Below are positions 34,220-47,505 of a DNA stretch of 64,000 nt, piece by piece (position 1 is the first letter of the stretch; each line of letters starts with the position of its first letter). The stretch covers positions 201,252,001 to 201,316,000 of the forward strand of contig OX597815.1 of the NCBI GenBank assembly GCA_951406725.2, read 5' to 3'. This DNA comes from Octopus vulgaris. Lineage: Eukaryota. The notes beneath the pieces were generated by a model. It did no database searches. It saw only the letters and a list, made by a program, of their open reading frames with translations, and was not told the origin of the DNA. The position numbers and the translations under genes were made by a program.

Positions 34220-35697
34220 GTTGATAATTTTGTTATTTTTGGTCAAGAGTATGATAAGAAATATTTTGCTTCGGTGTTTTGAAAGGTATTTTGGTTTATG
34301 ATATCTAATGATGCAAATTATATATAGGAAGAAATTGATTGCATTGTATACTAAAAAATTAATTTGTGTGTTCCTGCGGTGTGTTGTATCAGCTGCATAT
34401 GTGATCTCCTGCTCAGCGTGAATGAGTGGTCTTAAGGAATATATATGCAATATATTGTCATACGGAGCGCATTTAATCTACATTCTTCCCAGTATTTAAC
34501 ATATAGAATCCTCGCTAAAGATAAATTATAGAACCTAAGAGCCCTTTAAATATGCGAAAATAAATGCATGCTGTTTCAAAACTCTACCCAAAGCAATTGA
34601 GAAAATATGTGTATAGAAAAGGCGTATGTTATAAATCTTTCAATAGTTTTCGTACTGGGTAAAAGATAATGATTCACTTACCACGTATGGAAGTGATTAA
34701 ATTTCGTAATATCTTATGTTAGCATGACTTAGCCGTTCATATTAACTACCACCCATTTCTATAAATATTTAAACAGCATTTTTGTTATATTTTGAACAAA
34801 TTCACTCTCCTACAATATTGAACGTAAAATGATTTTAGAGCTTCGAAGCCTGAATTTGAGAAAGTCATGTGAAATTTAGCGGCTGCCAAAAAAATTCAGC
34901 ATCTTATATCGCGTGATATTCGACAAAATTACCGATTATATGTGAAAAAGATAATAAAATTTCTCACTGGATACTGTTGTGTATTATAAAACAGCCATAA
35001 TAGAACATCGTGTGTGTGAGTGTGTGTGCATGTGTCAGTCGAATGTGAGTGTGTGTATATATGTATATATATATATTTATATATATTTATGTTTGTGTAT
35101 CTATGTGTATTATGTGTGTGTGAGTTCAACCTCAAGGTTACTAAATAAAATTTCATTACAACTAGAAAGTCTAAACTGCTCTCATTCTAAACCTCCTTTG
35201 AATATATTCAAAAGGTTGTATGTAAGACAATGCTTCTTTGACTTAATCATTAAATATTTTCCAAATGATTATAGGTATATATTAAGCTACATGCCACGTA
35301 GTTTAGACATGAACACGAAAAAAGTATAGAACGAATCCCTGTAATAAAAAGTATGACAAGATTCGTAGCTCAGAATCCACAATCTGTAAGATGAAAGAGA
35401 AATAACAGTGATACCGTATTAACATACCAGTTAAGTGGCACCTGTTAATGAAAAATAAAACTGATAAGTCACGTAAATGAAAAAAAAGGAGCGAATAAGG
35501 GCTACATCAATGAAAGGAGTAAAATGATAAAAGCGGTATGTACCTAGCATTTGAAGTATTTTTTACAACGGATATTGAAAGCATTCCAAAAATATTATTT
35601 AAAAGAAAAAGTATGCTTGACACCTAAAAGGAAAATATAGAAACGTATGCATATTTACACACCTACGCATATATGATATGTGTTGAGTGGAATATTA

Positions 35698-35698
35698 G

Positions 35699-35753
<55 letters not shown>

Positions 35754-35812
35754 TGAGAGAATGAGAGAACGAACGAGGGAAAGAGGGAGAGAGAGAGAGA
35801 GAGAGAGAGAGA
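35698..35812. repeat. (GA)n microsatellite
   Basis: Read directly from the sequence. Confidence 0.9.
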
Positions 35813-38639
35813 ATCATTCCATGCAAGCGTTTCATGTAAGTGTTGCCTATGCAATATGGAAAACTTATTACGCAAAACTTGTACTTTCTCAATAATCGAA
35901 TGATATCTTATTCCTATGGTGACAATCAAATATATTCATGCTGAGAAAATTAATCCCTATTGAATACACGCCAATAAGCAAAACTGTGTGCCATAGAAAA
36001 ACATTTTGTGTCTACTTCTGTCATAGTTACGACATTGTAATATTTCCAAACGTATATCTGTATGTATATATTGTATATATGTAGGAAGAAGTAAATATCA
36101 TGTAACTTACAAAATTTAAGTACTCAGATTAAAGATAAAATCGGTCACCTATGAATCGATAGCAATTTTATTTGGTTACATGGAAGAAATACATTCTGTA
36201 TTATGTAAATATCGGAACACTCACACACACAAGACGTATGTATACTAAGTTTTAAATTCTACATTCTAAAGACAAAGTGATAGATATCACTGATCCAGAT
36301 GTCTGAGCTCTGTGTTCAAATCCCCCTTGGGTCAACCATGTTTTTAATCCTTCCACGTTCGGTAAAGTAACAATCAAATAATGGGATCGATGATTTCGAT
36401 CAATGTTCATCTCTTGACAGTGCTGCGCTCAACGTAAACTAAAAACCGTCATATATCATCTAAGCAGGTGCAGTAGGGCGGCATATTTAAGAAATTCTCT
36501 TCGTGATCATCAGGTCTCAGTTTCGATTCCATTGTGTGACACAATAAGCAATAGTAAAAATAGTAAGTTTTTATGGTTTTGTGCCAGCCGTGTGTTGTGA
36601 GCGCAATTGGTTAAACGAAATCTGTTTAAAAACTCGCCAAATAGAATATACGTGTAATTTAAAGGCCCGCTCTTGTCACTCTGCGCTAACGTGATTCGAC
36701 TTCCGAATTCCATTAAGAAGTGTGTGCGCGTGTGTGTGTGTATATGTGTGTGTGTGTGCGTGTGTGTGTGTTTGTGTGTTTGTGTGTGTGTGTTTGTGTG
36801 TTTGTGCGTGTGTGTTCGTATACAGATGACTTAATGAACACACAAATCCAAGTAGCAAACATCATCGAATCTCATTGCAGTTCCGTTGTATTTAATAACA
36901 ATTTGATTCATTTCCGATAACTTTAAACTTCGCCGTCTGTCTCCATGTATGTGATGGGGTTAAACTTGTCCTATGTTCACAATAATTTAAGTAAAGTAGA
37001 GTTGAGTGCCACTGTAATTCCTTGCGTAAACACAAACAGCTACACACACATATGCACACGCAAACACACATAGAAGCGTAAATCACCCTTGACAACGATT
37101 GACAGTTATAATATTTATTATGAGATGATTTCAGTTCAGTCATTACATAAATCTAAGCAATAGAGCTCTTTTTAATATATAGCTTCATAAATTTATCTAC
37201 TTCATTTATTGAATCACCACTTACCAAATTTTATAGTATATATTTTTTTACATATAAGATAGATATATAGTTCAACTAAAATTGTTCTTTATAAGAGAAT
37301 AATTCCAATAAATTTACAGTGCATTACAGTTTCCTAATGGTTTGTGATTATCTAAATACTATTATATGATATATGAGATCATGAAATAAATACGTTCGGT
37401 AAAATCGGTATTTAATGTATTTCAGTGTGCATACATGTTAAAACTTTCAATTATAAATGGTTGTTAAAATTCTGGATTATGCAATAAATTTGAATAATTT
37501 GTGAACGATCTTCGAAATGACATCATCCATTTCCTGACTTACCAATACAATCACCATAAAAGTGGTCCTATACCAATAAGACTATTTTTTTTATATTACA
37601 GACAGAGAATAACGAATAAGAGTTCTCGGAAATACATAAGTTTAGTAAATGGCTTTATACGATTGCATATTGAGAAAATATTTGACATGTCATGAAATAA
37701 ATAGAAAATAAATTGAATAAATTTTCCAGGTTACAAATGTCAAAAATTGATTCCGACATCTTATTAATGTACATGCAATATATTTTTCAGAGGAAACATC
37801 AAGCGCTTGTATAAGACGATCTTGTAAGATAAATAACGCAGTATTCGGTATTCTACCAAGGCATACATGTTAAGTTGGATATAAAGATTACCCTTAAAGT
37901 ATGAGAAGTAGAGAGTAAATGCTTAATACAGTTAGTTATTTGCAGGGATAGATATTTGAAATAACTTATTGAAGAGGTACGGAGAGGACAGGATATAATG
38001 AAATTAAAACTGTTAACTTATATCACTGGGTAAAAAACAGTCCACGCTGGGAGCAACAAAATTCAAGATACAGGACGGTAAAATAAAATGAGAATATGTT
38101 GTTAGTGCTAAATGGCAATGACAATCTTAAAGAGAATTTGGGAAAATTACATCCTAAACTATAGAAAAATATCCAAAGAAGAGTACACCGCACTGGACAC
38201 AATCTATTTGCATTTTCATCATTTATTAATTTTTCATAAAATCTGAATATAACTGAACTCTCACTAATGTACATTTGTCATGATCTTCCCCGAACATTTA
38301 CATTGATATTACCAGCTATCCCTGTGAAACTCGATGAAATTTCTGTAAGCATATCAATGTTTGATTATTTAAATATGTTTGTCAAATTTTTACCTTGTAA
38401 CTTTAAACTCGCCTAGAGGTTTTATTTGTATATTTGTACCATTGTTAAGCAAAACTTGTTAAAACTATTTTGATATGAGGATAACACTTTTACAAATTTT
38501 AAAAACGACACCATGTTTATGTTTTAGCAAAGTCTTGTGATTTGGTTCCATGGCTTCCTGCTGACATCTATACTTGGCTGACCACGGTCAAGGAATTTAA
38601 TTAAAATAGAACTGATGGACACATTAGTATAATTAAGGT

Positions 38640-39270
38640 TGTATGAGGGCCATACAACCTTGCGTATGAACAATGGAACGATTTTCTGAATCTAGCGTTG
38701 TGTCTGTTTGGAGCTGTGGGATGGTGCCAAGTCCTGCCGGAAGCTACAACATGCGCCTTGAAAGTGCTCATTCACCCACGGATGCACTTCAGCTTCCAGA
38801 ATTTTGCTAATGTATCGCGGGATGTTAATTTTAACACGCAAATGCACAAAAACGAGTTGAGGCATTCCAGTACCTGTCACGGCCGCCCAAACTATAACTG
38901 ATTGCGGATTTTGACTTCGATTTCTGGTAATTTTGAAAAGCTGAGGAGTCCGCACACTTCTTCGGCCACGTCCAGGTTAATCAGTGGTGGAACCAGTCTC
39001 TTGAAATGTCTTGACAATTTTCCAGACTCTTGGGTTAGTTTTTATCTATTTGATAAAGCTGTATTATTTTCGCATCCATTGTGGAAGGTTATGATGGTAA
39101 TTCGGTCTATAGCCATTATCTAATTTATAAATCTGAATTATTTATTTAGTCAGAAATAAAAGGAAGACACACTAAACTTTTATAATCATGTATAATTTTC
39201 ATATCTTATCACAATTAGTGATAGTTATTACAGCCGGAAACTTCAGTTGCCTTAATTTCGAGATACCCTG
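38640..39270 (-). mobile_element. Tc1/mariner transposase fragment with one probable TIR
   Basis: QNPQSVIVWAAVTGTG..LVFV...VKIN...Y...ILE...FRQDLAPSHSSKQTQ is a DDD/E core pattern; probable terminus TA|cagggtatctcgaaatt at 39270 on the minus strand. Confidence 0.8.
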
Positions 39271-39589
39271 TATACAATCACACACACACACACGCTCTCC
39301 CCCACCTCTCTCTCTTTCTCTCTCTCTCACACACATATTCCTTATGTCCAATAGAAGCTGTATTTGTATAAATCATAACAAAATCTATGTATCATGTATA
39401 AAAGTAATACATTATGAAAAGCTTAATTAACTGTCATGTTCGTCTTCTGGCTAATTGCACTGTTTGTGATTTTTCAAACACTGATGCAAGCTGCAGAAAC
39501 GCAACATCTAGCAGCGCTATCAGCGGTGCTGGATAGCTTTCATTAGCAACTGATATACTTCTCTATTATGTAACGTCCTTCTGTGAGAA

Positions 39590-39750
39590 ATAGGCTGCGA
39601 TTTCACAGTCGGTATTCGTATTAAAAATCGAGTTGAGCGAACTTTTGCACTGTTGATCGACGTGTGCTTTCTATGCGCACTGAGCTCATTTTGGGACACC
39701 TGCTTTAGCATTTGACAAATATATCGTCCAGTCAAATTCCCCAACCGGCA
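39590..39750 (-). pseudogene. Divergent 28S (LSU) rRNA domain V fragment
   Basis: Plus strand tttcacagtcggtattcgtattaaaaatc...agcgaacttttgc...ctgagctc...ggacacctgc...tttgaca...ccagtcaaattcccca is collinear with the antisense eukaryotic 28S as I recall it (tttcacggtctgtattcgtactgaaaatc...agcgagcttttgc...ctgagctc...ggacacctgc...tttgacag...ccagtcaaactcccca). Confidence 0.8.
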
Positions 39751-41743
39751 ATTCACGAGTAAGAGCAGCGTCCGTTAAGGTGCTAGACATGCACCGTACA
39801 CTTCACAGGAGATAATGAACTACAGCTCGTTGACAGACCTACCCCTTCATCATCAGACGAATGAGATCATATATCGAGACGAAGAGTACAGCTAATTAAA
39901 CTCAGTTAAGCACCACATATATGTCTTAAGTATGACATATAAAGTGCTATGTATATAATTATATAATTATACACATATGTATGCATATAGATGTATATTT
40001 GTATACATACATAAATACATAATACATATATGTATGTCTCTCCATGTTTGTTTCTGTTCGATATCTTCGTATGCCTCAACTGCCTTGTTTTGGTTCCCAA
40101 CTTTCATCCACGCTAAATCAAAAATTCTATTTTGGAATTTATGGGAGCAACTGTCGTCAAATACTCATATTGTCGTTGAATGCTCGAAATGCGGAGTAGA
40201 TAGACTGCCAACAACTGATGAAGGGTCGTTCTTTGTGTTACTTGTCCAGTTTTCGTTGTTTGCGCCTATATACATACATATATTCCTATGTATGTATGTA
40301 TTTAAATATATACATATATACTTATGTATATATACATATGTATTTTTATGTGTACTGCTTGGATATGTATAAATATTAATAGACACGTGTATTGTCAGCT
40401 GTATACTGTTACAAATTTCTGTGTAGTTACAAAAGGATAATTACTATTTTGAGAATTTATCAGATATGATGAATGAGTAAATGATGTATATCAGGTGATT
40501 CGTCTCAATTATCAATATCCTGATACCTATATCGAAATTATTGGTATTTAATTTCTCTAGAAAGTTTTCAATATTTATTTCTTATTTAGGCACAAATCTC
40601 AGCGATTAGTGAAAATGTATAATCATGAATATTGTTTCCAATATTTTACCTGTTAAGCAAACCTAGACGACGAACATCAACGTTCACTTAGATGTGATTT
40701 GAATGTATGAAGTCCAATGAAGTTTAGATGTCAAACCAATATGGAAGCTAATGAACAAATCTGTATGGAATCCGTACTGTTACCGATGGCTTAATGCTAC
40801 TTGAAACTGCATAATAAATCCTACTTTGTACTATCCGTGATTTAAATAAGATATTACTAATAACACCATGTTTATAAATGAATAGTCAATGCATATTTTG
40901 AAGATCATTGCTCTAAAATTTTAATCGAATTATAAATATTTTGAGAAATTTGCCAAGCATCGGATTTCCTTTCTGCCGTATGGCGAACACTTTTTTATTC
41001 CATTTTCAACTTGTTTGTACATCTAAATACTATAGGAATATATTGAACATTACGAGCAAAACTGCTATTCAAGGCCACTTTTCAATCGCTTTTATTAAGT
41101 GGCAAAGTATTCAAATATTATATGCCGGGTGTGTTGTGTGAAGTTACTGTTTCAGTATTTTCGCGTAGGCCTGTTCTGAGTGACCACTATTTAACTTTTC
41201 TGCATATTTATTTCTCACTTCTAGAGGATCAGATTAGAAATCATTGTTAATATTATCTATATACAATTTGCTATCTCTTCCTGTGTCTCACTCTATCGGT
41301 CTCTCTAGTTCTATTTCTATTATGTATATGTGTACAGATATATAGCTAAATAGATATACATCTATATAGACATTTACACACACGCACACACGCACACACA
41401 CACGCACACACACACACACACACACACATACACACACACACACACACACATGTCTCCTTACTTATATGTGTGTTTGTATTTATACCCAAAATTAATAAGG
41501 CAATAATGTTGAAAATCTAATTTTGACTTACATATTCATGGTATAATTTCGTAAGTGGTATCAAAACATGTTTAAGATGAAATATTGAAATGAATTTAAC
41601 GTGTTAGTACTCTTCTTATGTAATCAAATGTGTCGTATCTTACTTTTGCTGAAATAAACATAGCTTAATAAACTGATTCCTAAGCAGCATATTGATATGT
41701 ATGCTAACGTTACTGTCTTGCTCTGTGCAGCCACATTAATAAC

Positions 41744-41839
<96 letters not shown>

Positions 41840-43439
41840 CTGTATGGTTCGTTGTTTTCCTCCCTTTTTTTACCTTATGTATTACAAGGGCTGTTGTTTG
41901 CGGAGACTTATTTTTGCAGTAATAGTAATAGTAGCCATTTGACTACTATTTCTAATGTTTTCGGTATGTGGTTTAAGCAACTTGTTGCTCAAATATCCTT
42001 TATTATAATTATATAAATTTGTAACGAATATGGTCCTTTCCATACCGAAATTACTACTAGGTGAAATTTATTAATTTTATTAAATTAATTATATTTCACC
42101 CTTTATCTGTATATTTCACCCTTTATCTGCTATATATATATATAGCACGCTAATACAGACACCCTTATATATATGTATATATCTATACATATATTCACAC
42201 TCATATCTGTGTGTGTGTAAATCCGTGTCATACATATTCCATTGAAAAACCAATATATATATATATATAATGTTATCCAAGCTGATATTTTTCTATTAGC
42301 TAAACGGCCTTGTCCGTAAACATATATTTTACTTGCAAGCTACCGTATACTCTCCTAAGATAAGATTTCATCATTGGCCAAAAAATATATTAAAAACATC
42401 CTGATGGATGTATAAAATATACGTGCATATATCTGGAAATAGTTATCTTCCACTCCTCAGCATTCATACGCTGTGAAAATATTTATGAACAGTCGATTGA
42501 TTATGTATTTTAGCTTCCGGTGGCGTGGAAATTGTTTCAAAATGTGTTAGGTTCAATTAATTTACATAGCATTCTTTTCTGTATTGCCCGCCTTTACCTA
42601 TTGTTTACACAACCAATTGCTTTGTGAATGCTTTACCATTGGCAAAGAACTGCCGCATATTTCTGACTATATTTATCATCTCAGATGTTTTGAATTCATT
42701 TGTGGCAGAACAGGGATCGTTGTAATCATTGGTTTTTCAGTCATAATAACAGAACACAATATCTCACCGTTGTATGAGAGATAGCTTGTAGCTATCTATA
42801 TACCAATACAATATCATCTATCGTAAATTGCTTTGCAAAACAGAAATGCTAACAAATATATAAATACACATTTCTATATTTAGTTTTTCAACCTTTGTCA
42901 TATATTCAGTTGCTTCGATACTGCCTTTACCCATCATTCTTGGATTTGTATACTAAACCTAAAATCTGAGTGCATATTGCATCAGTTTTGTTAATATTTC
43001 TTAAACTTTAACCCTATAATTGTTTGTAAATTTGACTCGCATATGCTATATTTGATTACAGTAAACAATATCGATTTCAGTACACATTAAATAGTATGTT
43101 ACGTTATGTATTACAGAAAATAAATTAAGTAAAGTCACGATGAATGTTCATGGGCATCTAAATTCAAAATTGTGGTGCCTAAAACTCCCTCAATATTTTG
43201 TCATTTTGTTCTATTAATTCTGTCTCCTGAAGAGCCGATAAGTAATCTGAAGTGTTCTTTATTTTGGTTGTACATATACATAAATGCAGTCAGAAGTAGC
43301 TGTGTACGTACATAAACTTGCATGTATGTATATGTATACAAACACAAACACACATTGCTACCATGATGTGTACATACACACATACATATGTATGCATGTA
43401 TCTATGTATCTATGTAAGTATGTATGAATGAATGCATTT

Positions 43440-43597
43440 GAAAGGCTGATTTCATTAACGTCTACCAAATCCATTCACAAGACTTTAGTCGACCTGTGCC
43501 TATGGTTGAACACTCATACCAAAGAATATATTTATTGGAACTGAACACGAAGGCACCTGGTTAGGAAGCAAATTGCTTACCACATAGCCACACCTAT
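43440..43597 (-). mobile_element. SINE family A head, decayed
   Basis: gtctaccaaatccattcacaag...ggaactgaac...tgcttaccacatagccacacct matches 34079-34219. Confidence 0.7.
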
Positions 43598-43602
43598 ATA
43601 TG

Positions 43603-43633
<31 letters not shown>

Positions 43634-43636
43634 GCA

Positions 43637-43682
<46 letters not shown>

Positions 43683-43764
43683 GGTCCCGGGTTGAGTCGG
43701 GGTTAACCACAGTAAATAAGGTACTCAATACATAGCAGAGTAAATTAATTTATTTTATAGAAGG

Positions 43765-43815
43765 AGCTTCTACAGGACTAGAACTGTTTCATTCAGAAGA
43801 AATCATCAGGAAGCT
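43765..43815 (-). ncRNA. Minimal type I hammerhead ribozyme motif
   Basis: AGCTTC-CTGATGA-tTTCttctGAAt-GAAA-CAG-ttctagtc-CTG-TA-GAAGCT: 6-bp stem I, 4-bp stem III, GUA cleavage triplet; non-canonical U.U at 10.1:11.1. Confidence 0.7.
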
Positions 43816-43826
43816 TCCATCCGACA

Positions 43827-43873
43827 CTTCCTGATGATTTCTTCTGAATGAAACAGTTCTAGTCCTGTAGAAG
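43827..43873 (+). ncRNA. Minimal type I hammerhead ribozyme motif (inverted twin)
   Basis: CTTC-CTGATGA(43831-43837)-stem II-GAAAC(43850-43854)AG...CT-GTA(43867-43869)-GAAG; 4-bp stem I. Confidence 0.65.
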
Positions 43874-43883
43874 CTCCTTCTAT

Positions 43884-43930
<47 letters not shown>

Positions 43931-43933
<3 letters not shown>

Positions 43934-44109
43934 GATTTTTTTTTCCTATGTCTTCCCTTCTCTGGATCTTTTCTTCTCCTATGTTTTCGACGAAGAGCTC
44001 CGCTCGAAACGTTAAATCCTCCTTCTTTCCTTCTTTCCTGAGCGTCCAGTAATACTATATTTGTTCCACGTCCTCGCGTTGTTGTGTTTTTGGGTTTTCT
44101 TGTTTGGAT

Positions 44110-44113
<4 letters not shown>
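43931..44113 (+). mobile_element. Short (TA)n-flanked repeat with degenerate hammerhead-like core
   Basis: tcgacgaA-GAGC-tcc-GCTC-GAAACGTT...AGCGTC; related to 61980-62181. Confidence 0.5.
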
Positions 44114-44154
<41 letters not shown>

Positions 44155-46487
44155 TTATATATATATGTGTGTGTGTGTGTGTATGTATTTATGTATGTAT
44201 GTATGCATGCATGTATGCATGTCTGTATGCATGCATGTATGCATATATGTATTGCAAATTGTTAATATACAATATATGCAATAACGATCAAGTGACATGA
44301 GTATTCAGACAAAACTATTTCTAGCAGTTGAAACAAAGAACACAAGGCGATAGATAATCGAAATTCAAGGGCTCAAACATAAACAAGTGATCCGTTATCA
44401 TTACAAGCTTTAGTAACTTCACTCACTTTGATCCTAGTTAAGAATATTCATGTAATTTGTTCTTCGCTAAGAAACTGTTTTGTTCAGAATCTAAATGTCA
44501 GTGTTCTCATCTTTAGATGACGTGATATTCCAATTAAAGTCAGAATGATTTTGATTAAAATGTATGCTAAATGATAAATATTACATGTAATCAACAATTC
44601 ACCTATTGGTTTAATTTAATATTTGCAAGAGAATAAGCTAATCACGATGGCGAATGGGAAGCTAAGAAGGGACAGGATTGTAACACTGAACTAAAAGGAA
44701 CAAGATATAGATATTGCAATAAATTGACCTGGTGTTTTATGGTGTATGCTAGTGAGCCAAATGATGTTGAAATAATGATGTTATTCATTTCGTATATATT
44801 TGATAATTTGCGAAGCGGGGAGACATTAATGTGTTTACGCTGAAAAAGAACTTTTTATTTATTACTAAATTTCTTCATATTTCTTTGAGAGAATATGAAT
44901 CCACAAGGATCGCTAGTCAAGTATAAACAATTTGTCGGCCATTTGATAATATGAACTGTTTAGTTAATGAAACATTCGAGATAATAGACTTTTTCTGCTG
45001 TAATACATTACGCAATGATTCTAATAACTTTGCTAGGATTAATCGCGACTATGTGAACATCAGCAAAACGGAGACGATTTAAATTATATCAGCATTGATT
45101 ATTGGTTTTCCTTTAAGATTCAAATGAAGTAACCATTTTTTTCTCGCTTGAAAACATCTTGTTTATACGTATTACTTGATTCACTCGATTAGCTACGTTG
45201 AGTTAACTATTAATAAAAAAAAATGTATGTTTAATCGTTTCCATCCGACACTTTCGAGAGTTGTCAAATATTATATTGTTGTATGTAAGGTGTACAGTTT
45301 TGTGTGATAGATTCTTATCTAGTTTGCTTAAAATGTTCGATTTATATAGTATTTCTTTATCGTCGAGTATATACGATTAACATTTTTTTTTACATAACCA
45401 ATCAGAAGAAACCACTTATCTGAAGTCAATATGTCATCTTCAGCTGATATATAATCAGCCTTTTCTCCACAACAATGTTGCAGTAAATCACGGCAAGAAA
45501 GCACTAATATGCATCATATCTTCTCTAGTTGCCACAAAAGTTATTGTAGTGTGACAAGTTTAGCAAAGTAAGTCTGGAATAACCAACAACTATATGAATT
45601 ATGTTATACGAAACCATTTTCGAACAACTGTGTATGCTCAACATCATGAAGAATCTTTGGCAAAGATCTCCAGCTTTGTATTATTAAATGATATTTTGCA
45701 CATTAAGACGTGAACAAAACTTTCCAACATATCGGATATAATTTCCCATACGAATCATTCAAATAATGCCATATTTTGCACTGTATTCGTCTCGATTTGT
45801 CTCAAAGAGACGAGACTAAAACGTTTCATTTGTCATAGACTCCCAAATTTTCAGTTTCTACAAAAATTATTTTTGTTTTCATTTGTTCTGTCTAATTAAA
45901 TCCATTCAAGTACGTTATTATATGCATCCGTATAGCATTTGGGTATGCCTCTTCGTCGGAGAAAATTTGCTGACATTACATTTCATTCATTATTGTGATT
46001 CACTATAAAAGATTAATTTTTATGCGGGATTGTATGCAAGTATTTTAGCATATAAGTATATATGTAAGTGCATGTGTAATTATTTTTTGCATATAGAATA
46101 TTGTAATTTGTACAATGATAGTAACGCATACTATTTCTGAGGAAGATGAATAATTTATCAGACCAAGAGTGAAATTATACTTGGATTGTTCGAGAAACAT
46201 TATGCTACATCATTGTATGTGTGTGTAATGAGATCACAGCTTATCATAAATACCTGAATGAGCAAAGGGAATACTTCGAGGTAGATGCATATCAAATAAA
46301 GAATGAAGTATGTATTCCTGGATCGGCTAAGTGCTTCAGCAGATTACTAATAAGTTTCCTTGATCTGTACGTCATTACTTAAAATGTCGAAAGTTTATTG
46401 TTCTCTTTACTGCAATGATTATTTACATGTGTTTGCGGCAGAATAGTTTTGCCAATATGAATATGTGCGAACAAAGCTAGGGATGAG

Positions 46488-47092
46488 ATGATGATAAGTG
46501 TCACAATATGAAAACAAAATGTTTTCGAATCATTGACCAACTCAGCTAACAAATGATGATGGTGCTGTTGCAGACGTTGGTGATGGTTGTGATGATGGTG
46601 ATGATGGCAATGATAGCAGTGGTGGTGTTGGTGGCGGTGGGGGTTGTCGTCGTCATGGTAGAGGTAACGGTGACAATAATGAATGATGCTGCTGCTGATG
46701 ATGATGACGACGATGACGATGATGAGGAGGAGGAATTTGATGATGATGATCATAATGACGACGACGACGACGACGACGACGACAACAACAACAATGATGA
46801 TGATGATGGTGATGATGATCATGATCATGATGACGACGACAATGACAACGCCGACAACGATGGTGATGATGATGATGACAACGACGACGACAATGACAAT
46901 GCCGACAACGATGGCGATGATGATGGATGATGACGACGACGACGACGACAATGACAACGCCGACAACGACGGCGATGGTGATGATGATGATGATGACGAC
47001 GACGACGGCGATGATGAAGACGTTGGTTGTGGTGATAGGGTGGGTTTGGAGGTGGGATGATGCCGATAGCCCGATAGCCCTGATGATGACGA
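46488..47092. repeat. (GAT/GAC/GGT)n low-complexity region with a higher-order unit of about 50-60 bp
   Basis: gacaatgacaa.gccgacaacga.gg occurs three times within 46838-46990. Confidence 0.9.
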
Positions 47093-47206
47093 CTGTACAA
47101 CTGTACAAACCCATGGATTGGTAGGCAGTAATACATGCTGCTTGATTGAGTTAAGATGCTTTTTGAAAGCATCAGAATTTATCTAAGATATCAAAATTAT
47201 CAATGT

Positions 47207-47505
47207 AGGTACAGGAGCAGCTGCGTGGTAAGTAGCTCGGTCGAAGGGCGCCGGTACACCACCCATTTTCATTCATTTGTTGTCGTTATTATTATTATCA
47301 CGTAAATGTCTTTGTCCAGCCCGCAGCTACTCAGTGTACTGTCCTTGTGGCAAACTAAGTGAATAAAAGTAGCTTGCTTACCAATCACATGGTTCTGAGT
47401 TCAGTTCCACTGCGTGACACCTTTGGCAAGTATATTCTACTATAGTCTCGGGCCGACCAAAGCATTGTGAGCGGGTTTAGTAGACGGATACTGAAAGAAG
47501 TCCAT
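47207..47505 (+). mobile_element. SINE family A head interrupted by a 129-bp insertion (47238-47366) with an 8-bp TSD
   Basis: aagtagct at 47230-47237 and 47367-47374; the SINE sequence resumes in register afterwards (tgcttaccaatcacatggttctgagttcagttccactgcgtg). Confidence 0.8.

Larger units (their letters stand above)
43680..43889. mobile_element. Fold-back pLTR-like element inside (TA)n: perfect 63-bp inverted repeat (43751-43813 / 43827-43889) with a 13-bp spacer
   Basis: The arms are exact reverse complements; TA runs flank both sides; each arm holds a hammerhead core. Confidence 0.85.

Noticed and set aside
40180-40230. GAAA followed by CTGATGA (permuted hammerhead?)
   Set aside because: I could not assemble consistent stems I-III.
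46553-46930. Asp-rich ORF resembling an acidic biomineralisation protein with a hydrophobic leader
   Set aside because: It lies in a GAT/GAC tract open in most frames, with frame switches and no splice or homology support.
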